Shown: in pieces, positions 18,492 through 27,699 of the stretch
Position numbering within the stretch: position 1 is the first letter of the stretch
Layout of the letters: every line of letters starts with the position of its first letter
NCBI GenBank assembly: GCA_040386535.1
Contig: JAZKFH010000008.1
Location: forward strand, 263,102 to 313,606
Length of the DNA: 50,505 bases
Direction of reading: 5' to 3'
DNA from: Myxococcota bacterium
Lineage (GTDB): Bacteria > Myxococcota_A > UBA796 > SXON01
Position numbers and translations under genes: made by a program
Notes under the pieces: generated by a model
Database searches by the model: none
Told to the model about the DNA's origin: nothing
The model's input: only the letters and a program-made list of their open reading frames with translations

Positions 18492-21400
18492 ATGCCCGCC
18501 CGGGACTGGATCCCCCGCTTCTCGGTGACCCGCCCGGTCACCGTCGTCACCGCCTTCCTGGTGGTGCTCGTCGTGGGGATCATCGCCACCGTGCGGATCC
18601 CGCTCCAGATGATGCCCTCGGGCTTCAGCCCGCCGTTCCTGTGGGTGTGGATCCCGTACCAGGACTCCACGCCGATGGAGACCGAGGCGCGCATCGTCAA
18701 GCCGGTCGAGGAGCAGGTGGCGACCGTGCCCGGCCTCAAGCGGCTGGAGAGCGAGTCGCGCTCGGACAACGCGAGCCTCTCGCTCGAGTTCCACTCGTCG
18801 ATCGACATGGACGAGGCGTACAACGCCGTCACCGACCGGCTCGAACGGGCCATGCCCGGCCTGCCGGACGATGTCGAGCGCAGCTACATCTGGCGCTTCG
18901 ACCCGACGGACGAGCCGGTGATCTGGGCGGGCATCTCCGTGCCCGAGGGCGTCGAGGATCTGCACTACCTGGTCACCCGCGTGCTCCAGAAGCGCATCGA
19001 GCGCATCCCCGGCGTGGGCCGGGTGGACGTTTGGGGTGTGGACGAGGCGGTCGTCTGGATCGACTTCGATCGCGAGGCCCTGATGAGCCACGGGGTCGAT
19101 CTCGTCGGCCTCATGGAGAAGCTCGGGAGCGACAACTTCCAGCTCGCGAGCGGCCGGGTGACCGATCGTGGGCAGGTCCGCTACGTGCGGGCGCTGGCGC
19201 GGTTCGAGTCGCTCGACGACATCCGCACCTGGCCCGTGGGCCCGAACCTGACCCTCGCCGATGTGGCCGCGGTCGAGTACCGCACCACCGCCACCGCCGA
19301 CATCAACCGCATCGACGGCAAGGAAGGCGCGGCGATCGCCATCAACAAGGAGTCGTCCGCCAACACGGTCGAGATCTGCGAGGAGATCCGCAAGGCGTTC
19401 GCCGAGGTCGAGGCCGACCCGCGGATGAAGGGCTTCACCTTCCCGATCTTCTTCGACCAGGGCCAGCTCATCCAGGAGTCGGTCGACACGTTGGAGCAGA
19501 GCGCCATCGAGGGCGGCGTGCTGGCCGTGCTCGTGCTGGTGCTGTTCCTCCGCCAGTGGCGCATCACCCTGCTGATCGCGGCCACGATCCCCGCGTCGTT
19601 GCTGCTCACGGTCACGGTGCTCTACTTCCGCGGCGACTCGCTCAACCTCCTCTCCATGCTCGGGCTGATGCTCGCGGTGGGGATGGTGGTCGACAACGCG
19701 GTGGTCGTGGTGGAGACGATCTTCCGGCGGCGGCAGGAGGGCCAGGATCCGCGCACGGCCGCGATCGAGGGCACCGGCGAGGTGCTCCTCCCCATCACGC
19801 TCTCCACGCTCACCAGCGTCGTCGTCTTCCTCCCCGTCATCCTCATGAGCGAGGACGCGAGCTTCTCCTTCTTCATGGGCGCGCTCGGGCTGCCCGTCGT
19901 GTTCATCCAGATCGGCAGCCTCGTCATCACGCTGCTGTTCACGCCGCTCTCGACCGTGTGGTTGGGCGGCAAGGAGATCGCGGCGGACGCGGCCTGGAGC
20001 CGCTGGCTGACGGAGCGGGTGGACCGCGGGGTCGCCGCGATGTTGCGCAACCCGGTCGACACGTTCATCGGCGTGCTCGCGATGGTGCTGCTCACCATCT
20101 TCGTCCCGGCGCAGTCGGTGGGCTGCAGCGACAGCGCGGACAGCAACCTGAACGACTTCACCGTGCGCTTCGAGGTGCCCCCCGCCTTCACGTACGCCGA
20201 GCGGCTCGCGACGATCCAGGCCTTCGAGCAGATGGTCGAGGAGGGCGAGGCCCGCTGGGGCGTGCGCGTGTACCGGACGCGGATGAGCGCGTCGAGCAAC
20301 TCCGGGCGGCTCTACGTCTACCTCAAGGACGAGGGCGAGCTGCCGCGCGAGGAAGTGCTGGACGAGGTGGCGCGGGCCCTGCCCGACCTGCCCGGCGTGG
20401 AGGCCCAGGTGGGGCGGTCGGAGGGGGAGGGCAGCCAGAACGCGTCGATCCAGGTGCGCCTCGTGGGCGAGGACACCGAGGTGCTCGCGGCGCTCTCGGA
20501 AGAGGCCCGCCGCCGCATCCGGTCGGTCGAGGGCATCCTGGGCGTGCACTCCGACACGGAGAGCTCGGGCGGCGACGAGATGCGGCTCGAGATCAACCGC
20601 GACGCCGCGGCTCGTTACGGCGTGAGCGCGTCGATGGTGGGCCGGCTCGTGTCGTTCGCCATGCGCGGCGCGCCGCTGCCCCCTTGGTACGCCGGGGAAA
20701 AGGAGGTGCGCGTGTTCGCGCGGTTCGGCCTGGAGGATCGCTCCAGCGTCGACCAGCTCCTCGACTTCCAGGTGGCCTCCCCGACCGCGCAGCGCGCCGT
20801 GCCCCTCCGCAGCCTCGTGGACTCCGAGGTCGGCAAGGGGTGGGGCTCCATCAACCGCGAGGACCGCCGCACCGCGCTCGGGCTCACCGCGGATCTGGCG
20901 CCGGGCGCGGAGAAGGAAGCCGCCTACGTCGCCGTCGAGCAGGCGCTCGCGGGGATGGACTGGCCGCGCGGCTACGGGGTCGACCGGGGCGGCGGCTGGG
21001 AGGACCAGCAGGCGAGCGACTCCGCGCGCAACCTCGCGCTCCTGCTCTCCATCGTGTTCGTGTTCCTCATCATGGGCGTGCTCTTCGAGAGCTTCCTCCT
21101 GCCGCTCACCGTCATCATGACCGTGCCGATGGCGATGCTGGGCGTGTACTGGGGCCTGTGGATCTCGGGCACCTCGTTCGACGTGATGGCCGGCGTCGGC
21201 ATGATCATCCTCATCGGCATCGTCGTGAACAACGGCATCGTGCTGGTGGACGTCGTGACCGAGCAGCGCGCGCTGGGGGTCGACCGCGAGACCGCCCTGC
21301 GCCACGCCGTGCGCACGCGCCTCCGGCCGATCCTCATGACCGCGCTCACCGCCGCGGTCGGCGTGATCCCGATGGCCGTCGGCAACGCCACCTTCATCGG

Positions 21401-21566
21401 CATCCCCTACGCGCCGCTCGGCCGCGTCATCCTCTCCGGCATGATCGTCGCGACCATCCTGACGCTCTTCTTCGTTCCCTACCTCTACGCGGTGCTCGAT
21501 GACCTCCGCGTAGCGGGCTTCCGGTGGCTCGCCTACGTGTGGCCCCGTTCGTCGAGGCCCTCATGA
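18492..21566 (+). CDS. RND efflux permease (AcrB/AcrD/AcrF family), subunit 2
   Basis: FSVTRPVTV, SLNLLSMLGLMLAVGMVVDNAVVVVE, FESFLLP, GIVVNNGIVLVD and RLRPILMTA. ATG at 18492. Confidence 0.95.
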   Translation: MPARDWIPRFSVTRPVTVVTAFLVVLVVGIIATVRIPLQMMPSGFSPPFLWVWIPYQDSTPMETEARIVKPVEEQVATVPGLKRLESESRSDNASLSLEFHSSIDMDEAYNAVTDRLERAMPGLPDDVERSYIWRFDPTDEPVIWAGISVPEGVEDLHYLVTRVLQKRIERIPGVGRVDVWGVDEAVVWIDFDREALMSHGVDLVGLMEKLGSDNFQLASGRVTDRGQVRYVRALARFESLDDIRTWPVGPNLTLADVAAVEYRTTATADINRIDGKEGAAIAINKESSANTVEICEEIRKAFAEVEADPRMKGFTFPIFFDQGQLIQESVDTLEQSAIEGGVLAVLVLVLFLRQWRITLLIAATIPASLLLTVTVLYFRGDSLNLLSMLGLMLAVGMVVDNAVVVVETIFRRRQEGQDPRTAAIEGTGEVLLPITLSTLTSVVVFLPVILMSEDASFSFFMGALGLPVVFIQIGSLVITLLFTPLSTVWLGGKEIAADAAWSRWLTERVDRGVAAMLRNPVDTFIGVLAMVLLTIFVPAQSVGCSDSADSNLNDFTVRFEVPPAFTYAERLATIQAFEQMVEEGEARWGVRVYRTRMSASSNSGRLYVYLKDEGELPREEVLDEVARALPDLPGVEAQVGRSEGEGSQNASIQVRLVGEDTEVLAALSEEARRRIRSVEGILGVHSDTESSGGDEMRLEINRDAAARYGVSASMVGRLVSFAMRGAPLPPWYAGEKEVRVFARFGLEDRSSVDQLLDFQVASPTAQRAVPLRSLVDSEVGKGWGSINREDRRTALGLTADLAPGAEKEAAYVAVEQALAGMDWPRGYGVDRGGGWEDQQASDSARNLALLLSIVFVFLIMGVLFESFLLPLTVIMTVPMAMLGVYWGLWISGTSFDVMAGVGMIILIGIVVNNGIVLVDVVTEQRALGVDRETALRHAVRTRLRPILMTALTAAVGVIPMAVGNATFIGIPYAPLGRVILSGMIVATILTLFFVPYLYAVLDDLRVAGFRWLAYVWPRSSRPS

Positions 21567-22996
21567 TGTTCCTCCTCGCTGTCGCCACGCTCCCGAGCGG
21601 CGCGCTCGCCGCGCCCGTCGAGCTCACCTATGAGCAGGCGCTGGACGTGGCCTCGCGCAAGAACCCCGCGCTCCGCGGCGCCCAGGCCGACGTGAACGCG
21701 GCCGACGGCGCCGTGCTCGCCGCGCGCGCCCCGTTCGAGCCGCAGCTCACCGCGGACACCGCGTACTTCTCGAGCACGAGCGAGGGAACGGCCGAGTTCG
21801 GCAACTTCTTCGCCGACACGAGCGGCTGGCGCGCCTCGGCGGGGCTGGCGCAGACCTTCTCGACCGGCACCTCGGTGTCCGTCGACTTGTCGAGCTCCCA
21901 GAACATCTTCTTCTACCGGCTCCCCGACACCGGCCTCGAGTTCACGGGGGACCCGCAGTACCAGTCGACCCTCGCGTTCACGCTCTCGCAGGCCTTGCTC
22001 GAAGGGCACCGCCTCGCCTGGAACCTCCAGGCCGTGCGCGCGGCCAAGGGCGCCCGGTCGGCGGCCGAGGCGTCGCGACAGACGGCACGGCAGGACGCGC
22101 TCGCGAACACCGCGACGGCCTACTGGAACGTCCGGACCCAGCTCGCGCTCGTCGCCATCGCGGAGCAGACGCTGTCGGTGTCTGAGGAGCAGCACCGCGT
22201 GGTCCTCGCGCTCGTGGAGGGCGGGCGGCTCGCCCCGGTCGAGGCCACGCGCGCCGAGGCCGCCAAGGTGCAGGCCGAGCGCGCGCTCATCGACGCCCAG
22301 TCGGCCCACGCCGCCGCCCAGGACACGCTCCTCCTCCTGCTCGGCGAGCGCCCGGGTCAGGAGGTCGTGGTGTTGTCCAACCCCGAGGAGCCGGCGCCGC
22401 TCGGGCTCGACGCGGACGCGGTCGTGGAGCGGGTGCTCCAAGGAAACCCGCAGCTGCTCGGCGCCCGCGTGGCGCTCGACACCCGCCGCACCGCCCTGGC
22501 GAACGCGCGGCACGGGCTGTTGCCCGCGCTGTCGGCGAGCGGATCGTACGCCCTGCGCGGCTACGAGACCGATCTCGCCGGGTCCTTCGCCGAGCTCGGG
22601 CGCGGCGAGCTGCCCGAGTGGTCGCTCGGCGCCACGTTGACCCTTCCGCTCTTCAACCGCTCCGACCGCGGCGCGCTCGCGCAGGCCGAGGCCGACGTGG
22701 CCTCCGCGGAGATCGACCTGGTCACGCTCGAAGGAACGCTCGCACAGCAGGCGCGGGCCCAGGTGCGCACCCTCGAGGCGGCCTCCCGCTACGTGGCGCT
22801 GGCGTCCCTCAACGTGAAGCTCGCGGAGGAGACGCTCGCGGCCGAGCGGGCGCGGCTGGACGAGGGGCGCGCGCTGCAGAAGGACGTGATCACCGCGATC
22901 AAGGACCTCGACGCCGGGCGGGTCGAGGCCGAGCGGGCGCGGGCCGCGTGGCAGGACGCGCTGGTCGCGCTGCGGCGGCTCGAGGGGCGCCTGTAG
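21563..22996 (+). CDS. TolC family outer membrane efflux protein
   Basis: Signal peptide, LTYEQAL..A.RKNP.L, LSQALL, AYW and LTLPLFNR. ATGA overlap with RND subunit 2. Confidence 0.92.
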   Translation: MMFLLAVATLPSGALAAPVELTYEQALDVASRKNPALRGAQADVNAADGAVLAARAPFEPQLTADTAYFSSTSEGTAEFGNFFADTSGWRASAGLAQTFSTGTSVSVDLSSSQNIFFYRLPDTGLEFTGDPQYQSTLAFTLSQALLEGHRLAWNLQAVRAAKGARSAAEASRQTARQDALANTATAYWNVRTQLALVAIAEQTLSVSEEQHRVVLALVEGGRLAPVEATRAEAAKVQAERALIDAQSAHAAAQDTLLLLLGERPGQEVVVLSNPEEPAPLGLDADAVVERVLQGNPQLLGARVALDTRRTALANARHGLLPALSASGSYALRGYETDLAGSFAELGRGELPEWSLGATLTLPLFNRSDRGALAQAEADVASAEIDLVTLEGTLAQQARAQVRTLEAASRYVALASLNVKLAEETLAAERARLDEGRALQKDVITAIKDLDAGRVEAERARAAWQDALVALRRLEGRL

Positions 22997-23060
22997 GGAC
23001 CAGCAGGGGCGGGGGGTTCGCCGAAACGACGGCCAGGGGTCGCGGGGCCAAGGCGGGTCT

Positions 23061-23226
23061 CGCGCGAGGGGACCGGAGGGCGGCCGCGCGGCCCGGCGCG
23101 CGGCCGGTCCCGCCCGCGTCCGCGCGGGCGGACCGAGCCGACAGGCGAGCCCGGAGGGCCCCGGCCCCGGCGGCTCGGCGCCGGGGGCGCGCCCGGGGAG
23201 GCGTGCTGGAGGCGCGGAAGGGGACG
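23061..23226 (-). repeat. Dispersed structured intergenic element, divergent copy
   Basis: The minus strand ends with a hairpin (10-bp stem, 23081-23106), then CCCTCC-GGTC-CCCTCGCGCG as in the other copies. A TCCG-loop hairpin lies at 23111-23130. Confidence 0.6.
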
Positions 23227-23339
23227 TTTGGCCCAGCGGCAAGCCACCCGCAGAGCCTCGCGTTGGGGTTTCCGGTACTTGCGCTCCTCCGTCGCGCCGG
23301 CCTCCGATCTTCTCGTCCACAGGCGCGCGGCAGTAGGTT

Positions 23340-23378
23340 CGTTGTAAGGATTTTATAGGGCAAAAGGAGGTTTCTCCT
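23340..23378 (+). promoter_or_regulatory. AT-rich promoter-like patch and Shine-Dalgarno sequence in a hairpin
   Basis: TTGTAAGGATTTTATAGGGCAAAAGGAGG. AGGAG (23365-23369) can pair with CTCCT (23374-23378) directly before GTG 23379. Confidence 0.5.
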
Positions 23379-24143
23379 GTGTCCGGCGTGGTACCCTCCG
23401 GAAACGAAACGGAGGCTGTCATTCCGCACGAAACCCAGGTCGCCCGACCCTTGTTCACCATCGAGTCCGGCTGGGGGCCGGCTCCGCACGCGTCCGCCGT
23501 CGAGGTGGGTTCGGGCGCGCCGGCGGAGGCGCTCCTGGTCGTCCTTCGGCGGGCGTGGAGGACCGCGGAGGGGCGCCGCGCCGCGGGCGCCAGCGTGATC
23601 GCGCCGGCCGGCCACGTGGCGCGCGCCGTCGGAACGTTGCTCGTGTCCGCCTCCACCCATGGGCTGCGCGGCGCGGCGCGTGGGGCGGCGGCCGGCTGCG
23701 CGCCCGGGGTGGCGCGGGTGGTGGACGTGTCGCTCGCGCGGCAGGTGCTCCAGGCGATGCCCAGCCCCAAGGAGGAGGCGCCCGGTTATGCGCGGGTCGC
23801 GCCTGCCCACGTGGACGACGGGTTTCCGCCCCGGCGGCTCGGCGGCGCCCGCTCGACGCTCCCGCCCGCCTCGTGGTGGAGCCGGGAGCCCGCGTGGAGC
23901 CCCCGCGTGGTCGGCGGGGCCACGGCCGGCGGCCGCGACACCCCCAACCCCGTGCTCGCGCAGCTGTGGCCGGCCGCCCCGGACGTGCCGACCCGGGCCA
24001 CGCCTCCGCGCGCCCCCTCGGGCAAGCGGGTGTGGGTCGCGGACGACGCGCTGGTCGACCAGGCGTGGCGCGTGCTCGAAGCCGAGCTGGTGCCGGGCGA
24101 GTGGGCGATGGCGCCCCGCACGGCCGCGCGGGGTGCGCGGTGA
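23379..24143 (+). CDS. Hypothetical protein
   Basis: Strong AGGAGG RBS before the GTG. The stop overlaps the next start (GTGA 24140-24143). No recognisable domain. Confidence 0.6.
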   Translation: MSGVVPSGNETEAVIPHETQVARPLFTIESGWGPAPHASAVEVGSGAPAEALLVVLRRAWRTAEGRRAAGASVIAPAGHVARAVGTLLVSASTHGLRGAARGAAAGCAPGVARVVDVSLARQVLQAMPSPKEEAPGYARVAPAHVDDGFPPRRLGGARSTLPPASWWSREPAWSPRVVGGATAGGRDTPNPVLAQLWPAAPDVPTRATPPRAPSGKRVWVADDALVDQAWRVLEAELVPGEWAMAPRTAARGAR

Positions 24144-26203
24144 GGCAGCACGTCCACGTGCAGCTGACCGGTCGGAGCGAGGACACGACGGGCGCGTTCG
24201 ACGGGTGGGTCGACGGGGTGGACGCGATCGTGAAGTGTGCCGACCGGCCCTCGCCGCTGACCGATCCCCGCTCCGCCTTCTACGGCGGCCAGGGCCTGCT
24301 CCCCCCGTTCCGCCCGCTCGTGCACCACGAGGCGCTCGTGTGGGCGCGTGTAGAGCCGGGTCGCATGCTGGCCTACGGCGTCGGCTCCGAGGGCCCGTAC
24401 GCCGCCCTGCGCCGCCTCCCGGCCGTGCCGCTCTCGTCGCTGCGCGGCGAGTTCACCTTCGGCGCGAGCTTCATCGAGGCCGTGATCGCGCACGTCGCCA
24501 CCGAGCTCTCCGCGATGCACTCGGCGGGCGTGGTGCACCGCGATCTGCGCCCCGAGAAGGTGCTGCTGGTGGACGGGCGGGCCCGCCTCGCCGGGCTTGA
24601 CGCCGCGCTGTTGGACGGGTGTGGCCCCCCGCGCGCGGCCGGCGTGGGCTCGACGGCCACGGACCTCGCCGCCCTCGGCGCGCTGGCGCGCTGGATGGTG
24701 GACGATCGGCCCCTGGCGCACTTCGGCGGGCCCCTCGCCGCGGTGCTCACGGCCTTGTGGTCCACCGATCCCGCCGAGCGCCCGGCGTCCGCGAACGACG
24801 TGCTGCGCGTCCTCGGCGAGCCTGAAGGGCCGCCGCCCACGCTCGTTCCTACCCACCCCGCGCTCGCCGCGTGGAGCAGCGCCGCCTGGGCCGACCGCCT
24901 GATCGCCCAGGGGCACGTGTGGGAGGTCGTCCGGGGCGCCGACGAGGCCGATCTCGACCGGTGGGCGCTCGGCGCCGTCGCCGGCCGGCTGCTCGCGGCC
25001 CCTCGCAACACCGACGGCTGGCTGGCCCTCGGCACCGTCTGCTGGATGCTCGCCCAGCGGACCACCGGCGCGGAGCGCGACGCCTTCCGTGCCCAGGCGA
25101 TCGAGGCGAACGCGCGGGCCCGGGCGCCGTGGCACGCCGCGTCGCGGGGCCTCACCGATCTGCTCGGGCTCGGCGAGACCGTCAGCGCGCTGTGCGAGAC
25201 CGCTCAGTTCGCGCGGGCCACGCGGCGCGCCCACCAGGACGGCGGCGGGGGCGCGCTCGCGCTCGTGGGGTTCTGCGCGGACGACCCCGCGCTGCTCGAG
25301 GAGGGCCTGCTCGACGCCGCCCCCGAGGATCTCGACGCCGTGCGGGTTGCCGCCTCCCAGCTGCTCGCCACCGCCCCGCGGGAGGCCCCGCTCTCGGCCG
25401 CGCGCCTCGCCCTCCCGCGCGCCCAACTCGACGCGGTGCGCCGCCTCTGCGTGATGGCGGCCGAGAGCGACGCCATCCGCCTCGCCGGCGCCTACCCCGA
25501 GCCCACCGCGACGCGGGCGCGCCTCACCATCGCGCACCACACCGGCGAGCGCACCGAGGCCCTCGCCATCGCACGCGTCCTGGCGATGAGCGGAAATTGG
25601 GACGCGACGGTCGCCGCCACCCTCGTGGCGCACGCCCCGGACGGCGAGCCGCTCCAGGTGCAGGCGCGGCGCATCTTGCGGGGCCTCGTGCGTCGCGAGG
25701 ACCCCGGTACGTTGGGCGTCACGTCCGCCGCGACCACGACCGCGGATCCCGCCGATCTCGTCGCCTGGTCCGGCCTCGTCTACGCGCGCGTGGCGGCCGG
25801 CGAGGTAGACCGCGTGGTCGGCGAGCTCGACCGGGCGGGCCCCGCCGCGAGCGCGGGCGCCTGGCGCCTGCTCGTCCAGGAGCTCATCGCGACGGGCGCC
25901 CTGGATCAAGCGCGCATCGTGATCCTCGGCGCGTTGCGGCGCCACCCGAACGATGCCCAGCTCGCGACCATCGACGCCGCGCTCGAGCTCCTCGACGGCG
26001 ACATCGCGGCCGCGCAGCTCGCGGCCAGCCATGCGCGCACGCAGGACCCTCGCTCGGCGTTCGGGTGGCTGGCGGGCGCGGCGTGCGCGTTGTGGGCCGG
26101 CGACGGCCCCTCGGCCCGCGAGGCGCTGGCGGCGGCGGCGCGGCTGGGCGCGCGGGATCCGGCGCATCGGGCGTTGGAGGATTGTTTGCCGGGCTTGGAT
26201 TGA
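24140..26203 (+). CDS. Degenerate Hanks-type kinase domain fused to a helical/TPR-like region
   Basis: LSAMHSAGVVHRDLRPEKVLL, TDLAALG and DPAERPASANDV, followed by ALRRHPND/RTQDPRSAFGW TPR-like repeats. Confidence 0.7.
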   Translation: MRQHVHVQLTGRSEDTTGAFDGWVDGVDAIVKCADRPSPLTDPRSAFYGGQGLLPPFRPLVHHEALVWARVEPGRMLAYGVGSEGPYAALRRLPAVPLSSLRGEFTFGASFIEAVIAHVATELSAMHSAGVVHRDLRPEKVLLVDGRARLAGLDAALLDGCGPPRAAGVGSTATDLAALGALARWMVDDRPLAHFGGPLAAVLTALWSTDPAERPASANDVLRVLGEPEGPPPTLVPTHPALAAWSSAAWADRLIAQGHVWEVVRGADEADLDRWALGAVAGRLLAAPRNTDGWLALGTVCWMLAQRTTGAERDAFRAQAIEANARARAPWHAASRGLTDLLGLGETVSALCETAQFARATRRAHQDGGGGALALVGFCADDPALLEEGLLDAAPEDLDAVRVAASQLLATAPREAPLSAARLALPRAQLDAVRRLCVMAAESDAIRLAGAYPEPTATRARLTIAHHTGERTEALAIARVLAMSGNWDATVAATLVAHAPDGEPLQVQARRILRGLVRREDPGTLGVTSAATTTADPADLVAWSGLVYARVAAGEVDRVVGELDRAGPAASAGAWRLLVQELIATGALDQARIVILGALRRHPNDAQLATIDAALELLDGDIAAAQLAASHARTQDPRSAFGWLAGAACALWAGDGPSAREALAAAARLGARDPAHRALEDCLPGLD

Positions 26204-26210
26204 GGATCGG

Positions 26211-26352
26211 CGGGGCGCGTCCCCGCCGCGGACGGCGGGGCCGGGCCCTTCCGGGCGCGCGGCGGAGCCGCTTGGCTGGCGCGGGCCGCCTGCGGCGGCG
26301 GCGCCGAGCCGCCCGCGCGCAGCGCGGGCGCCCTCCAGGGCCCTCGCGCGGG
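26211..26352 (+). repeat. Dispersed structured intergenic element, full copy
   Basis: CGGGGCGCGT, hairpin (26221-26240), CCTTCCGGG, hairpin, hairpin (26310-26330), CCCTCC-AGGG-CCCTCGCGCG. Confidence 0.75.
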
Positions 26353-26380
26353 GGTGTGGTGAGTCGCCGCGTGGCGGTGT

Positions 26381-26651
26381 TCAGCAACTCGGCACCTGGC
26401 GGTCATGTCCGGGGTTGCTGGACTGGGCGTCCAGCAACTCGGCACCTGGCGGTCAGGTCCGGCGTTGCTGGACTGGGCGTCCAGCAACTCGGCACCTGGC
26501 GGTCATGTCCGGGGTTGCTGGACTGGGCGTCCAGCAACTCGGCACCTGGCGGTCAGGTCCGGCGTTGCTGGACTGGGCGTCCAGCAACTCGGCACCTGCC
26601 GGTCAGGTCCGGCGTTGCTGGACTTGTGTCCAGCAACTCGGCACCTGGCGG
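26381..26651. repeat. Tandem array of a 50-bp palindromic (REP-like) unit, five full copies plus a partial copy
   Basis: Unit CCAGCAACTCGGCACCTGGCGGTCA(T/G)GTCCGG(G/C)GTTGCTGGACTGGGCGT at 26381, 26431, 26481, 26531, 26581 and 26630 (partial). Inverted arms GTCCAGCAAC/GTTGCTGGAC. Confidence 0.95.
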
Positions 26652-26801
26652 GGCCGACGGGTACGTCTCCTCCGGTGCCGGTGCGTTCGTGGGCGTTCAC
26701 TTGAGCTTCACGACTATTTTCGTCTCGGGCTCGACCACGAAGGGCGAGTTTCCCGGCTATGTTTCGTTCGTGGGTCAGCTCCACCATCTGAGGAGCGTAC
26801 G

Positions 26802-27443
26802 ATGTCGAAAATGCGTTTCTTCTATGTCCTGTTTCTGGCGCTCGGCGCGTGTGGCTCCGAGCCCGACCTCTTGAAGATCTGTGACCTCGACGGTGTGGCC
26901 GTTGGCGACGGGGACTCCGTTCCTTGGGGCGGCACCGCCGGCGAGTCCGTCGGGCTGGCGGTGGGATCCGCCGAGATCGCGTGGAGCGCGGACCTCCCGT
27001 CCGGCCCCTGGTCGAGCGCCGGAGCGCTGTCGGTCACGCGCTCGGGAGACGCGCGGCTCTTCGAGGCTGCCGGCGACTTGGGCTGTCCACACGAGGCGTG
27101 GCTCGAGGTCCCCATCACGGTCACGCTCAGCTCGGCCGACAGCGCGCTGGACACCGAGGTGTCCGCCACCGCGAATATCTGGGGCGGGTCGGAAGCCGAC
27201 GTGAAGATCGTCGCACAGCTCCCCTTCCTCGAGTTCGGCGCCCCCTTTGCGAGCATCGTCGAGGACGCCGCGACCGCGGCCGAAGCGGAAGATTGCGTGA
27301 TCGGCGGTCCGTTCGACACCGTCCTGCTGACGGGGACCCTCGGCGCCGGGGATTTCGGCCTCGACATCGGCTGGACTTGCGACGGCGGCAACTCGTCGCG
27401 TTCGCCGGACGAGTGGTGGGCCGTGGAGTACGTGGCGTTGTAG
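26802..27443 (+). CDS. Hypothetical lipoprotein
   Basis: GAGGAG RBS, MSKMRFFYVLFLALGAC lipobox and an acidic beta-rich body. Confidence 0.8.
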   Translation: MSKMRFFYVLFLALGACGSEPDLLKICDLDGVAVGDGDSVPWGGTAGESVGLAVGSAEIAWSADLPSGPWSSAGALSVTRSGDARLFEAAGDLGCPHEAWLEVPITVTLSSADSALDTEVSATANIWGGSEADVKIVAQLPFLEFGAPFASIVEDAATAAEAEDCVIGGPFDTVLLTGTLGAGDFGLDIGWTCDGGNSSRSPDEWWAVEYVAL

Positions 27444-27503
27444 CTGCGTCGCCGAGGTTCGGGGCGGGATCCCCTCGGCGCCGCCGGCGTCCGGCACGGC
27501 CCA

Positions 27504-27559
27504 GCGGCCCGGAGGGGCGCCGCCCCGGGCGGCGCGTCCGGCGCGGACCGCCGCCCGGG
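27504..27559 (-). repeat. Partial copy of the dispersed element, or a hairpin between convergent genes
   Basis: 11-bp stem CCCGGGCGGCG/CGCCGCCCGGG followed on the minus strand by GCGGCGCCCCTCCGGGCCGC, resembling the first module of the 43211 copy. Confidence 0.4.
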
Positions 27560-27699
27560 AGGGCGGGGGTTCGTGCCGACCGAGGCGCTTGCGCCGAAGC
27601 CCGGAGGCGACGCGGTCGGCGCAGCCGAGGGCCCCGGGGTCGAGCCCCCCAGCGTCGAGGGCGCCACGGTCGAAGGCCCCACGGTCGAGTGCCCCAGCG

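Noticed and set aside
18477..21305. 942-aa antisense ORF, and similar long shadow ORFs (10584-12578, 23786-26167, 35848-38121, 43868-45772, 48868-50475)
   Set aside because: They mirror well-supported genes on the other strand, are expected from stop-codon scarcity at high GC3, and have no recognisable motifs.
23555..24139. N-terminal extension of the kinase-like ORF
   Set aside because: Off-frame, low-complexity overlap with 23379..24143. GTGA coupling indicates the start is at 24140.
26381..26651. CRISPR array
   Set aside because: Units are contiguous and near-identical with no unique spacers, and there are no cas genes in the window.
25953..26801. N-terminal extension of ORF 25953..27443 through the repeat array
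   Set aside because: It overlaps the kinase-TPR gene, the repeat unit is not a multiple of 3, and a GAGGAG RBS and lipoprotein signal mark the start at 26802.
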